A DNA stretch of 64,000 nt, from NCBI GenBank assembly GCA_014360645.1, contig JACIXD010000006.1, forward strand, positions 79,940 to 143,939. The letters are read 5' to 3'. Source of the DNA: Actinomycetota bacterium. GTDB taxonomy: Bacteria > Actinomycetota > Geothermincolia > Geothermincolales > RBG-13-55-18. Under the pieces are notes generated by a model. The model did not search any database. It saw nothing but the letters and a program-made list of their open reading frames with translations, and was not told the DNA's origin. Shown here piece after piece: positions 48,115 through 58,344 of this stretch; position 1 is the first letter of the stretch; the number at the start of each line of letters is the position of its first letter. Both the position numbers and the translations under genes were made by a program.

Positions 48115-49332
48115 CTATTCCTTGGCCGGCTCCCATTTTCCGTCGACGATCTCCACCATGGTCAGGTCGTCGGGCGTGAGCCCGTTGTGGTCGGTGGGGC
48201 TGTAGTTGAACACGCCCGCGGTCCCCACCAGTCCCCTGGTCGCTTCGATAGCGTCCCGTAGCTCCTCGCGGGTGGCGTTTGCGCCCGCCCGCTTCAGGGC
48301 CTCGGTGATGATGAGGATTGCGTCCCAGCCGTGTCCCGCAAAGGTGTTGATCTTCTCGCCGTACTCCTCGAAATAGGCGTCGGAGAAGTCTTTGATGAAC
48401 TCGTATTCCTCGCTTCCCGGCTCGAGGACCTTCTCGAAGATGAGCATCTTGCCCGCGGGGAAGACCACGCCGTTGGCCGCCGCGCCCGCCAGCTCGATGA
48501 AGGCCTGGTTGGCGATGCCGTGGCTGCCCACGTAGGGGAGATCGATGCCCTTGTCGCGCATGCGCTTGACGATCTTCGCCGGCCCGGGATTGGTCCCCCA
48601 CACCAGCACCACCTCGGGCTTGGCGGTCATGACGTTGGTGAGGTGGGTGTCCATGCCCTCCTCGGACTCGTCCGTCTGGTATCCCTCGGCCACCACCACT
48701 TCCAGCCCGAATCCGGGCGCCTCCTTCTCCACCACCGCCTTGCCGTCAGTGCCGAAGGGGTTGGTGTCGTAGAGGAGGGCGACCTTCTTCACCTTGAGCA
48801 CCTCGGCGATGTAGGAGAGCGCCTTCTTTCCCGCCTCGGTGGCGGTGGGCGGGGTGCGGAAGATCCAGGTGATGTCGCCGTCCATGATATTGGCTCCCGC
48901 AGCCATGCATACCTGGGGAACCCCCGCCTTTTCGGCCTCCTGCTTCATGGCGATGGTGGTGCCGGTCCCGCTGGATCCGATCACCGCCACGGGATCCTCC
49001 TGCTCCAGCAGCTCCACCATGGCCTGCTTGGCCTTGTTGGCGTCGCTCTGGTCGTCCTTGATGATCACCTCGATCTCGTGGCCATCGATTCCTCCCGCCT
49101 CGTTGAGGCGCTTGACGAAGAGCTTGATGGCGTTACGTTCGGGCTTTCCCAGCGGCTCGTTGGCGCCGCTCTCCGAGAGCACCACACCGATCTTGATGGG
49201 CTCCTTGGTCCCGCCTTCCTTCGTGCCGCAGCCCATGTGCGCCAGCATGGTGGCGGACAGCGCTACGGCCAGCAGAGCTACCAGAATGTACCTTCTCCTT
49301 CTCAACCTCTCTCGACCCCCTTTATCCTCCAT
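48115..49332 (-). CDS. livK: HAAT-family ABC transporter periplasmic/lipoprotein substrate-binding protein (LivK/LivJ-type)
   Basis: Type-I PBP fold (IKIGVVLSESG...). Start reassigned to the internal Met (MEDKGG...) at 49332, giving a signal peptide ...LAVALSATMLAHMGCG. The supplied ORF is longer at its N-terminus. Confidence 0.85.
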   Translation of the reverse strand: MEDKGGRERLRRRRYILVALLAVALSATMLAHMGCGTKEGGTKEPIKIGVVLSESGANEPLGKPERNAIKLFVKRLNEAGGIDGHEIEVIIKDDQSDANKAKQAMVELLEQEDPVAVIGSSGTGTTIAMKQEAEKAGVPQVCMAAGANIMDGDITWIFRTPPTATEAGKKALSYIAEVLKVKKVALLYDTNPFGTDGKAVVEKEAPGFGLEVVVAEGYQTDESEEGMDTHLTNVMTAKPEVVLVWGTNPGPAKIVKRMRDKGIDLPYVGSHGIANQAFIELAGAAANGVVFPAGKMLIFEKVLEPGSEEYEFIKDFSDAYFEEYGEKINTFAGHGWDAILIITEALKRAGANATREELRDAIEATRGLVGTAGVFNYSPTDHNGLTPDDLTMVEIVDGKWEPAKE

Positions 49333-49344
49333 GTTCTCCGACCC

Positions 49345-49371
49345 GCATACGGAAAGGGATTTTCCGTATGC
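49345..49371. promoter_or_regulatory. Perfect 11-bp inverted repeat (gcatacggaaa-N5-tttccgtatgc), 13 nt upstream of the livK start codon
   Basis: AT-richer than its surroundings. Candidate operator or 5'UTR hairpin for the liv operon. Confidence 0.45.
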
Positions 49372-49591
49372 TCCCACCATAGAAGTTATTTCTACCACAC
49401 GGCCTGCTCTGATGTCCACCACCGCTGAGATGGCGGGACACGCCAGAGCTTGTTTTGCTGGAAAACAACCCGGAACGCCGTTGAGCGCCGAGCCGACTCA
49501 TCGTTTCTCCTTCATCTGGTCACCATACGGCTTTCGCGGGTCCGTCCCCCCGCCGCGGCGCACGACCGCGTCACGGCTTTTCGAGGGACCT

Positions 49592-50359
49592 TCAGGCCAT
49601 CCTCACCGGGATCCCCTTCGAGCGCAGATATGCCTTGGCCTCGCGGATGCTGTACTCGCCGTAGTGGAAGATGGAGGCTGCCAGCACGGCGTCGGCGCCG
49701 CTCTCCAGGATCACCTCCGCCAGGTGCTCCAGGTTCCCCGCGCCTCCGGAGGCGATCACCGGAAGGTTCACCGCATCCGCTACCGCGCGGGTCAGCTCGA
49801 GGTCGTACCCGTCCCGGGTGCCGTCGCGGTCCATGCTGGTGAGGAGGATCTCCCCCGCCCCCAAGGCCTCGGCGCGGCGCGCCCACTCCACCGCGTCCAG
49901 CCCGGTAGGCGTCCTCCCCCCGTTGATGTACACCTCCCAAGAGCCCTTCGACCGGCGCCGCGCATCTATGGCCACCACCACACACTGCGCTCCGAAGCGC
50001 CGCGAGGAGACGGTTATGAGCTCGGGGTTCTTCACCGCCGCGGTATTTAGAGACACCTTGTCCGCGCCGGTGGCCAGCATGTGCCGGATATCGGCCTCCC
50101 CGCGCAGGCCCCCGCCCACGGTGAAGGGGATGAACACCTTTTCCGCCACGCGGGCGGCCATGTCGAAGACCAGGTCTCGCTCCTCGTGGGAGGCGGTGAT
50201 GTCCAGGAAAACCAGTTCGTCCGCACCCTCGCGGTCATAGACCGCCGCCATCTCCACCGGGTCGCCGGCGTCCCGCAGGGAAACGAAGTTTATGCCCTTG
50301 ACCACGCGTCCGCGATCCACGTCCAGACAAGGGATGATGCGCTTGGTATGCATCACCAT
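49592..50359 (-). CDS. hisF: Imidazole glycerol phosphate synthase cyclase subunit
   Basis: 255 aa (beta/alpha)8 with the HisF signature (RIIPCLDV..., ASGGAG). Confidence 0.95.
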   Translation of the reverse strand: MVMHTKRIIPCLDVDRGRVVKGINFVSLRDAGDPVEMAAVYDREGADELVFLDITASHEERDLVFDMAARVAEKVFIPFTVGGGLRGEADIRHMLATGADKVSLNTAAVKNPELITVSSRRFGAQCVVVAIDARRRSKGSWEVYINGGRTPTGLDAVEWARRAEALGAGEILLTSMDRDGTRDGYDLELTRAVADAVNLPVIASGGAGNLEHLAEVILESGADAVLAASIFHYGEYSIREAKAYLRSKGIPVRMA

Positions 50360-50447
50360 CCCCCCCGCGGGGAGTCCTGCCGCGTTAGCGCCACCGTCCC
50401 GTCACCGCCGCTCCTCCCGCCGGCAACCGCTCCTCTTCCCATGCCCC

Positions 50448-51173
50448 TCAATCCTCCTCCAGCTCCAGGGCCCGCGAGAGGTCGATGTCCCCGGTATAAA
50501 GGGCCCTGCCCACCACCGCGCCCTCCACGCCGCCGGGCGACCGCTCTTTCAGGGCGAGCAGGTCTTCCAGACCGCCTATGCCCCCGGCGGCGATCACCCT
50601 CACGCCGCGTCCCAACAGGAGGTCGAGGCCCCGGGTGTCGTATCCCTGCAGGGTACCGTCGCGGGTTATGTCGGTGTAGATGATGCGCTCCGCCCCCAGC
50701 GACGCCAGGAGCTCCACCGCCTCCACGGGCCCCATGTCCGTCTCCTCTACCCAACCCTTCAAGGCCAGCCTTCCTCCGCGCGCGTCCACGCTCACGATCA
50801 CTCGCTCGCCATACTCTCGCATCATCTCGGACGCGAAGGCCGGATCCTCCAGGGCACGGGTTCCGAGTATAACCCTGGCTGCGCCGAGGGAGAGCATGCG
50901 CTCCACGTCCTCTCCTCCACGCACCCCTCCCCCCACCTGCACGGGCACCTTCACCCTCTCCAGGATCTCGCGCAGCGCCGCCAGGTTTACCGGTCTTCCC
51001 TCCCTGGCCCCGTCGAGGTCCACCACGTGCAGGTAGGACGCCCCCTTTCTCTCCCAGGCCAGGGCGGCTTCCCAGGGATGCGACCCGTAGACCGTCTCCC
51101 GGTCCATTTCTCCCCGGTATAACCGCACGCAGCGGCCTCCCTTGATGTCCACGGCGGGATAGATGCGGAACAA
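50448..51173 (-). CDS. hisA: ProFAR isomerase
   Basis: 241 aa (IYPAVDIKGGRCVRL..., VGGGVR). Confidence 0.93.
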   Translation of the reverse strand: MFRIYPAVDIKGGRCVRLYRGEMDRETVYGSHPWEAALAWERKGASYLHVVDLDGAREGRPVNLAALREILERVKVPVQVGGGVRGGEDVERMLSLGAARVILGTRALEDPAFASEMMREYGERVIVSVDARGGRLALKGWVEETDMGPVEAVELLASLGAERIIYTDITRDGTLQGYDTRGLDLLLGRGVRVIAAGGIGGLEDLLALKERSPGGVEGAVVGRALYTGDIDLSRALELEED

Positions 51174-51185
51174 CCCTCTCTCTCC

Positions 51186-51791
51186 TCAGGCGCATTGGGA
51201 GGCAAAGTTTTCCAGCAACCTCAACCCCGCCCCGGAGCTCTTCTCGGGATGGAACTGGAAGGCCACCAGGTTGCCGTCCGCCACTCCGGAGACGAACTCC
51301 TCGCCGTATTGGGTGAGGGTGAGGCGGTGCTCATCCCTCTCCGGGATGACGTAATAGGAATGCACGAAATAGAAATACGAGCCCTCCGCGAGCCCCTCAA
51401 GCACGGGGTGGTCCCTCAATACGCGGATGTCGTTCCACCCCATGTGGGGCACCTTCACCCGGGAGGGAAACCTCGCCACCCTGCCCGGCAGTATTTCCAG
51501 GCCCCGCACGCCGGGGCTTTCCTCGCTCTCCTCGAAGAGCAGCTGCAGGCCCAAGCAGATACCCAGGAATGGCACGCCGCCGTCGATGGCCCGGCGCAGG
51601 GGATCCGCCAACTTTCTCTCCTCCAGCTCGCGCATGGCGTCGCCGAAGGCCCCCACGCCGGGGAGCACCACCCCCGAGGCCGCCAGCACGTCGGCGGGCT
51701 CCGGGCTCACCGCGACCTCTTTCCCGAGAAAGGCGAAGGCCTTTTCCACGCTGCGCAGGTTCCCCATGCCGTAATCGACGATGCAGATCAT
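51186..51791 (-). CDS. hisH: Imidazole glycerol phosphate synthase glutamine amidotransferase subunit
   Basis: 201 aa. Catalytic GICLGLQ and a His/Glu pair. Confidence 0.93.
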   Translation of the reverse strand: MICIVDYGMGNLRSVEKAFAFLGKEVAVSPEPADVLAASGVVLPGVGAFGDAMRELEERKLADPLRRAIDGGVPFLGICLGLQLLFEESEESPGVRGLEILPGRVARFPSRVKVPHMGWNDIRVLRDHPVLEGLAEGSYFYFVHSYYVIPERDEHRLTLTQYGEEFVSGVADGNLVAFQFHPEKSSGAGLRLLENFASQCA

Positions 51792-51809
51792 GGCGCGCGC
51801 TCCGTCACT

Positions 51810-52403
51810 TCAGAGGGTTCCCTTGCTCGACGGGACTCCCCGGCCACCCGGAGCATGCCTTATCGCGGCGCCCAGGGCTCTCCCGATGCCCTTGAAAGCC
51901 GCCTCCATCACGTGGTGGGGGTTGTCTCCAGCCAGGCCCTTCACGTGCAGGGTGATCCCGGCCTCGTTGACGAAGGCCTGGAGGAATTCCCGCAGACAGG
52001 TGGGGTCGAAATCGCTCACCAGGCGCGCCGGAAGCTCGAGTTGGTACGAGAGATGGGGTCTGCCGCTGAGATCGAGGGATACCCGGCAGAGGGCCTCGTC
52101 CATAGGCAGCAGGGCCCATCCGTAACGCTCGATGCCCTCCTTTTCTCCCAGCGCCTCCCGGAAGCACTTTCCGAGGCACAGCCCCACGTCCTCCACGGTG
52201 TGGTGCTGGTCCACCTCCAGGTCCCCTCGCGCCTCCAGGCGCAGGTCCACGCCGGCATGGTAGGCCATGAGCTCCAGCATGTGGTCGAAAAACCCGATGC
52301 CCGTAGAGACCTCGCAACGGCCTTCGCCGTCCAGGTCGAGCTCAAGCTTTACCCGCGTCTCGGCGGTATTCCTCTCCAGGCCTGACCTTCTCATCATGTT
52401 CAT
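51810..52403 (-). CDS. hisB: Imidazoleglycerol-phosphate dehydratase
   Basis: IGPD motifs (RNTAETRV, GFFDHMLELMAYHAG, HHTVEDVG). Start placed at an internal Met. The supplied ORF's 120-aa N-terminal extension overlaps hisD and is spurious. Confidence 0.9.
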   Translation of the reverse strand: MNMMRRSGLERNTAETRVKLELDLDGEGRCEVSTGIGFFDHMLELMAYHAGVDLRLEARGDLEVDQHHTVEDVGLCLGKCFREALGEKEGIERYGWALLPMDEALCRVSLDLSGRPHLSYQLELPARLVSDFDPTCLREFLQAFVNEAGITLHVKGLAGDNPHHVMEAAFKGIGRALGAAIRHAPGGRGVPSSKGTL

Positions 52404-52440
52404 TAGATTAGCATATACGCATCGCGGTGTCGGACCCCGC

Positions 52441-53700
52441 TCAATCCGAGTGCCTGCGCATGGCTTCGGCGTGGCGCACGAGGCCCTCCATGGCGGCGAG
52501 CGTCTGCACCACCGGCCCCAGGATGCGGTTGGCCCTGGGGTTGGAGAACACGATGTTGGAGCGCTTGACGAAGTCGTACACCCCCAAGGGTGAGGCGTAG
52601 CGCGCCGCACCGCGGGTGGGGAGCACGTGGTTGACGCCCATGGCATAGTCTCCCAGGGCCACGGGTGATTCCGTGCCCAGGAACACGGAGCCCGCGTTGT
52701 GCACCTTGGGAAGCAGGGACGGGAAATCCACGGTGGCCAGCAGGAGATGCTCCGGCGCAAGGTGGTTGGCGAGCCTGACCCCCTCTTCGAGGGTCTCCAC
52801 CAGGACCGCGGTCGCCCTGTCCTCCAGGGCCTCGCCGGAATCCTCCAGGCGCCTTCCCACCCTCAGCGCCAGCTCCTCGCTGGTGGTGATCAGGCAGGCC
52901 CGCGCCCCTCCTCCGTGCTCCATCTGCGCCAGCATCTCCAGGGTCACGAACTCCTCGTCCGCCTCCGCGTCCGCTATCACCACCAGCTCGCTCGGACCGG
53001 CCAGCATGTCGATGCCCACCCGCCCGTAGACCTCCTTCTTGGCCAGGGTGACGTAGATGTTCCCGGGACCCACGATCTTCTCCACCGCTTTTACGGTCTC
53101 CGTCCCGTAGGCCATGGCGGCTATGGCCTGCGCGCCTCCCAGGCGGTAGACCTCGCTCACCCCCAGAAGCTTCAGGGCATATAGGGTGTAGGGGTTGACG
53201 CCGCCGTCGCGGCCGGGCGGAACGCACACCGCTATCTCCTGCACCCCCGCGACCTTGGCGGGTATCACCGTCATCATGGCCGTGGAGGGATAGGCGGCCA
53301 TCCCTCCCGGCACGTACGCGCCCACGCGGTGCAGGGGCTTGAGCATCTGCCCCAGGCGCGCGCCCTCCTCGGAGTCCCAGAAATCCGATTCCCAGGTCTG
53401 GTGGCGGTGAAAGGCGGTGATGGATTTCACCGCCGCGCGGGCCGCCTCCGCGAATTCCCTTCCCACCGCCTCCGCGGACGCGTCCACCTCCGCCCGGGAC
53501 ACCCGCAGCCCCCTGGAAGATATATCCACCCCGTCGAGCTCTTCCGTCAACTCCAGGAGGGCGACGTCTCCTCCCTGCCTCACGCGATCGATTATCTCCT
53601 TCACCTCCGCGGCAGGGGTCTCCTCCAGCCAGAAATCCCAGCTCAGGGCGCGCCTTATCTCCTCCACATCGGCGAAATCCCCGTGTCTGACTATCCTCAT
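52441..53700 (-). CDS. hisD: Histidinol dehydrogenase
   Basis: 419 aa with the HisD signature region and Zn-binding His/Asp/Glu residues. Confidence 0.93.
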   Translation of the reverse strand: MRIVRHGDFADVEEIRRALSWDFWLEETPAAEVKEIIDRVRQGGDVALLELTEELDGVDISSRGLRVSRAEVDASAEAVGREFAEAARAAVKSITAFHRHQTWESDFWDSEEGARLGQMLKPLHRVGAYVPGGMAAYPSTAMMTVIPAKVAGVQEIAVCVPPGRDGGVNPYTLYALKLLGVSEVYRLGGAQAIAAMAYGTETVKAVEKIVGPGNIYVTLAKKEVYGRVGIDMLAGPSELVVIADAEADEEFVTLEMLAQMEHGGGARACLITTSEELALRVGRRLEDSGEALEDRATAVLVETLEEGVRLANHLAPEHLLLATVDFPSLLPKVHNAGSVFLGTESPVALGDYAMGVNHVLPTRGAARYASPLGVYDFVKRSNIVFSNPRANRILGPVVQTLAAMEGLVRHAEAMRRHSD

Positions 53701-53777
53701 CAGGACCGTTCCCGCCCTTTCCCTCGTACCGTTCTACTTGACCACTCACTCTTCTCTTCCGGATGCATGCGCCGCGC

Positions 53778-56700
53778 CTATTCCAGCGCGATACATCCGT
53801 CGCCCAGGAGGGACAGCACCTCGGCATACAGCGAACCGTCCGGATCCACGCGGTATTCGTCCGGCAGGCGGAACACCTTGAGGGTGTCTCCCTCCTCCAG
53901 CTTGAGTTTAACAGGAGTGCCGCCGGGATGTCTTCCCAGCACCTCCTTGAGGTCCTCCAGGATATCCCTTTCCGCCTGGCATCTCAAGAGCCGGATGCAG
54001 AGCTCGCTGTCCTGCGGCCCGCGCAGGCGAGGTTCCTTTAGCTCCAGCGCCACCACCCGCACCGTGCCGCCGCCCTCCTCGTCCCTCTCGCTTGCCTCCA
54101 CCCTCGCCTTGACGCATACCACGCCGTCCTCTCGCAGGATCTCCCGGTGCTGGGAGTAGAGGGCCGGAAACACCGTGACCTCCACCCTTCCCGTGAGGTC
54201 CTCGAGGGTGAAGCCGGCCATGAGGTCGCCTTTTCTGGTCACCCTCTGGTTTATCTTGCCGATGATCCCCCCTATCCATTTCACAGCGCCGTCTCCCAGC
54301 TCGGGAAGGTCGGCGATCTCGCACTCCACATGTCGCCGCAGCTCCTCCCGGACCTGCATGAGGGGGTGATCGGAGACGTAGATGCCCAGCATCTCCTTCT
54401 CGTACGCTAGGAGCATGTCCTTGGGCAACTCCTCCTCCACCGGGTCGCTGGCCATGGGGTCGTCCACGTCCTCGTCCCCGAAGAGCGAGAACTGCCCTTC
54501 CTCCAGCAGGCGCTGCCTCTCGGCGGCCAGGTCCGCGACGCGGTCGTACACCTTGAGGAGATGGTTGCGGGTATACCCCAGAAAATCGAAGGCGCCGCTC
54601 TTGATGAGGCTCTCCAGGGCGCGCTTGTTGACCACCCCGGAACCCACCCTGGTGCAGAAATCGAGCAGCGACTCGTAGGGTCCGTGTTCCCTGCGCAGGG
54701 CGATGATCCTCTCCGCGGCGTTGTCCCCCAGGTTGCGAACCGCCGAGAGGCCGAATCGGATCCCCTCCTCCACCGGCGTGAACTCCTTGAGGCTCTCGTT
54801 GATATCGGGAGGGAGTATGGGGATGCCCAGCTTGCGGCATTCGTTGACGAACACCGGGACCTTGTCCTTGTTGCCGGTCACGCTGGTGAGGTTGGCGGCC
54901 ATGAACTCCCGGGGATAGTGAGCCTTGAGGTAGGCGGTCTGGTAGGAGATGAAGGCATAGGCGGTGGAGTGGCTCTTGTTGAAGCCGTAGAACCCGAACT
55001 CCTTCACGAGGTCGAAGATCATCTGCGCCAAGCGGCGGTCGTAGCCTCTCTCCACCGCGCCCTCCACGAACTTGGCGCGGTGCACCTCCATCTCCTTGGC
55101 CTTGCTCTTGGCGACCACCCCTCGCAGCACGTCCGCCTCGGCCATGCTGTAGCCCGCCATCTCCACCGCCAGGCGCATGACCTGCTCCTGGTAGAGGATG
55201 ATGCCCTTGGTCTCCTCCAGCACCGGCTTGAGGTCAGGGTGGGGATATTCCACCGCGGCGCGCTTGTGCTTGCGGTTAACGTAGGTCTTCACCCACCCGC
55301 CTCGCAGGGGTCCCGGGCGGTAGAGGGCCAGGCAGGCGATGAGGTCCTCGAAGCAGTCCGGCCGCAGCTCATGCAGCAGCGAGCGCATGCCCGCGCTCTC
55401 CAGCTGGAACACCCCGACCGTCTCGCCGCGCTGCAGGAGCTCGTAGGTCTTCGGGTCGTCCAGCGGTATCTCGTCCAGGTCTATGCGGACGCCGTGCATG
55501 CGCTGGATGTGGTCCAGGGTGTCGCTGATCACCGTGAGGGTGCGCAGCCCCAGGAAGTCCATCTTCAGGAGGCCGATCTCCTGGATGGTGGACATGTCGA
55601 ACTGAGTCACCACCTCTTCGTCCGAGCCACGACGCTGCAGGGGCGTGTATTTGCACAGTTCGTCGTCGGCGATCACCACTCCCGCGGCATGGATGGAGTC
55701 CTGACGGGTGATCCCCTCCAGGTTGCGCGCGGTATCGATGATCTTGCGCGCGAGCTCGTCCGACTCGTAGGCCTCCCTCAGCTCCGGAGAGATCTCCAGG
55801 GCCTGGTCTATGGTGACGTTCTGTATGCTGTCCGGTACCATCTTGGCCAAGCGGTCGACCTTGCCGTATTCCAGGTTGAACACCCTGCCCGCGTCGCGGA
55901 TCGCAGCCCTGGCGGCCATGGTGGAGAAGGTGACGATCTGGGCCACGCGGTCCTCGCCGTACTTGCGGCTCACGTACTCGATGACCTCGGGACGTCGCTT
56001 GTAGCAGAAGTCGATGTCGATATCGGGCATGGTGCGGCGCGAGGGGTTCAGGAAGCGCTCGAAGAGGAGGCCGTAGCGCATAGGGTCCACGGTGGTGATG
56101 CCGAGGCAGTAGGCGGTAAGGGACCCCGCCGCCGAGCCCCTGCCCGGGCCGACCATGATGCCGTTCTCCTTCGCGTAGCGGATGAAGTCCCAGACGATGA
56201 GGAAATACCCCGAGAAGCCCATCTCCCGGATGACCGACAGCTCGTAGCGCAGCCTCTCCTCAAGCTCCGGGGTGACTTCCCGGTAGCGGCGGCGCAGCCC
56301 CTCCCAGGCCAGCTTCTCCAGATAGCCGTCGATGTCGTAACCCTCCGGCACCTGGTACCTGGGGAGAAGGTAGCGGCCGAAATCGAGCTCCACGTTGCAG
56401 CGCTCCGCGATCTCCACCGCGTTGGACAGGGCCTCCGGCGCCCCCCCGAAGAGCCCGCTCATCTCCTCGTAGTCCTTGAGGTAGAACTGGTCGCTGGAGA
56501 AGCGCAGCCTGTCCTCCTGGTCGAGGGTGGAGTTGGTCTGGATACAGAGAAGGACGTCGTGGTGGATGCTGTCCTCCCTGCGCACGTAATGGAGGTCGTT
56601 GCTGGCCACCAGGCCTATGCCGAGCTCCTCGGCCAACTGCAGCAATCCCGGGTTGATCTTCTTCTCCTCCGGGAGGCCGTGGTCCATGAGCTCGAGGAAG

Positions 56701-57284
56701 AAGTTCCTCTCCCCGAAGATCTCCCGGTACTCGCGCGCCGCCACGGCGGCCCCCTCGTAATCGTCTCCCAGCAGGCGCGAGGCTACCTCCCCCTTAAGGC
56801 AGGCGGAACAGGCGATGATGCCCCTGTGGTACGTGCGCAGCGCCTCCTTGTCCAGGCGCGGCTTGTAATAAAAACCGTCCATGTAGGAGATGGTGACCAG
56901 CTTCATGAGGTTGCGGTATCCCTCCAGGTTCTCCGCCAGGAGCAGGAGGTGGTAGTTGGGATCCTCTTTCACCGGCTTGCGGTCGAACCGCGAGCCCGGC
57001 GTGACATAGGCCTCCACTCCGATCACGGGCTTGATCCCCTGCCTCACCGCCTCGCGGTAGAAGGGCACCACGCCATACATGCCCCCGTGGTCGGTAATGG
57101 CCAGGGCATCGTAGCCCATCTCCCTGGCCGAGGACACCAGGTTCGGGATGCGCGCAGCGCCGTCCAGCATGGAATACTCGGTGTGATTGTGCAGGTGCAC
57201 GAAGGGCACTCCCAACTCCTCACCTCCGCTCTCCGGGTGCGGCTCCCCGCTCGAGGCCGGGGCCATGCAGGTAAGCGGCTTCAC
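53778..57284 (-). CDS. dnaE: DNA polymerase III alpha subunit (DnaE1-type)
   Basis: 1168 aa. PHP domain (FVHLHNHTEYS), polymerase core, OB fold. Confidence 0.97.
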   Translation of the reverse strand: MKPLTCMAPASSGEPHPESGGEELGVPFVHLHNHTEYSMLDGAARIPNLVSSAREMGYDALAITDHGGMYGVVPFYREAVRQGIKPVIGVEAYVTPGSRFDRKPVKEDPNYHLLLLAENLEGYRNLMKLVTISYMDGFYYKPRLDKEALRTYHRGIIACSACLKGEVASRLLGDDYEGAAVAAREYREIFGERNFFLELMDHGLPEEKKINPGLLQLAEELGIGLVASNDLHYVRREDSIHHDVLLCIQTNSTLDQEDRLRFSSDQFYLKDYEEMSGLFGGAPEALSNAVEIAERCNVELDFGRYLLPRYQVPEGYDIDGYLEKLAWEGLRRRYREVTPELEERLRYELSVIREMGFSGYFLIVWDFIRYAKENGIMVGPGRGSAAGSLTAYCLGITTVDPMRYGLLFERFLNPSRRTMPDIDIDFCYKRRPEVIEYVSRKYGEDRVAQIVTFSTMAARAAIRDAGRVFNLEYGKVDRLAKMVPDSIQNVTIDQALEISPELREAYESDELARKIIDTARNLEGITRQDSIHAAGVVIADDELCKYTPLQRRGSDEEVVTQFDMSTIQEIGLLKMDFLGLRTLTVISDTLDHIQRMHGVRIDLDEIPLDDPKTYELLQRGETVGVFQLESAGMRSLLHELRPDCFEDLIACLALYRPGPLRGGWVKTYVNRKHKRAAVEYPHPDLKPVLEETKGIILYQEQVMRLAVEMAGYSMAEADVLRGVVAKSKAKEMEVHRAKFVEGAVERGYDRRLAQMIFDLVKEFGFYGFNKSHSTAYAFISYQTAYLKAHYPREFMAANLTSVTGNKDKVPVFVNECRKLGIPILPPDINESLKEFTPVEEGIRFGLSAVRNLGDNAAERIIALRREHGPYESLLDFCTRVGSGVVNKRALESLIKSGAFDFLGYTRNHLLKVYDRVADLAAERQRLLEEGQFSLFGDEDVDDPMASDPVEEELPKDMLLAYEKEMLGIYVSDHPLMQVREELRRHVECEIADLPELGDGAVKWIGGIIGKINQRVTRKGDLMAGFTLEDLTGRVEVTVFPALYSQHREILREDGVVCVKARVEASERDEEGGGTVRVVALELKEPRLRGPQDSELCIRLLRCQAERDILEDLKEVLGRHPGGTPVKLKLEEGDTLKVFRLPDEYRVDPDGSLYAEVLSLLGDGCIALE

Positions 57285-57340
57285 CGCTCCACGGGGGATT
57301 TCGCCAACCCGCCCGCCGGGTCCTTTCCGTCACCGGCCGG

Positions 57341-57349
57341 TGTTATTAT
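57341..57349 (+). promoter_or_regulatory. Extended -10-like element TGTTATTAT in the divergent dnaE/nuclease intergenic region
   Basis: About 115 nt upstream of the nuclease ATG. It is the only AT-rich patch in this 178-bp spacer. Confidence 0.35.
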
Positions 57350-57462
57350 AACCTCCCCGGGGGACAACCGCCGCGGCGCCCGGGGGAGGGAACCGCCCGC
57401 ACAAGAGAGCGCGAGCAGACCTTGGTGCAGGAAGACGGCGCGGAGAGGACGGGAGGAGGATC

Positions 57463-58344
57463 ATGCGCCTGAGTTACACCGCCATCAGCTCCTACGAGCG
57501 ATGCCCCCTTTCCTACCGATATCGCTACCTGGACGGCATAGAGGAGGAGCCCAGTCCGCATCTCTCCTTCGGCCGCAGCCTGCACGCCGCCCTGGAGTGG
57601 CTGTACCAACGCGACGTCCCCGTGCCCCCTTCCCTGGAGGAACTGCTGGACTACCTGGTCACCTGCTGGAGCAACGAGGGGTTCGAGGACGAGGAGCAGG
57701 AGAGGTCCTTCCTCGCTCACGCACAAGAGGTCCTGAGCTGCTTTTATCGCCTCAACGTGGGGGACTTCCGCCTCCCGGTGGCCCTCGAAGCGCGCTTCGA
57801 ACTGGACATGGGCGACTACGTGCTCAGCGGGGTCATAGACCGCGTGGACCGCCATCCCGACGGCAGATACGAGATAATCGACTACAAGACCAACCGCAGA
57901 CTACCCGAACTCTCGAGGCTGCGCGAGGACCTCCAGCTCCCCATCTATCAGATCGCCTGCGGGGAGATATGGGGGATCACCCCCGCCAAGCTCACTTTCT
58001 ATTACCTGGTGCCCAACCAGCGGTTCTCCACGCGCCCCCTGGACGGGGAAAGCCTGGCGCGCGTCAGGGAGCGCATCGACCTCGTCGCCTCCCGCATAGC
58101 GCACGGTGAATTCGACCCCAGCCCCAACCGCCTCTGTCCTTGGTGCTCCTACCGCGACATCTGCCCGGCCTTCCCCCGGGAGGTGGACGAGGAGGAGGCC
58201 TACCGCTTCCGCTACCGCGCGCTTCTGCAGCGCCGGGAGAGGCTGGAGGCGCTCATCGGCGAACTGGAGGAAGAGATGGCGACGCGGGGGGTTTCCCCCG
58301 CCATGGAGGGCGAAGGGGAGGACGGCGGCGGCCAGCCCTCATAG
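57463..58344 (+). CDS. PD-(D/E)XK superfamily nuclease, Cas4/RecB-like, with 4-Cys (likely Fe-S) cluster
   Basis: 293 aa. N-terminal Cys (YERCPLSY). Catalytic GVIDRVD...EIIDYKT. C-terminal C-x2-C-x5-C (CPWCSYRDIC). RBS GGAGGAGGA lies before the ATG. Confidence 0.85.
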   Translation: MRLSYTAISSYERCPLSYRYRYLDGIEEEPSPHLSFGRSLHAALEWLYQRDVPVPPSLEELLDYLVTCWSNEGFEDEEQERSFLAHAQEVLSCFYRLNVGDFRLPVALEARFELDMGDYVLSGVIDRVDRHPDGRYEIIDYKTNRRLPELSRLREDLQLPIYQIACGEIWGITPAKLTFYYLVPNQRFSTRPLDGESLARVRERIDLVASRIAHGEFDPSPNRLCPWCSYRDICPAFPREVDEEEAYRFRYRALLQRRERLEALIGELEEEMATRGVSPAMEGEGEDGGGQPS

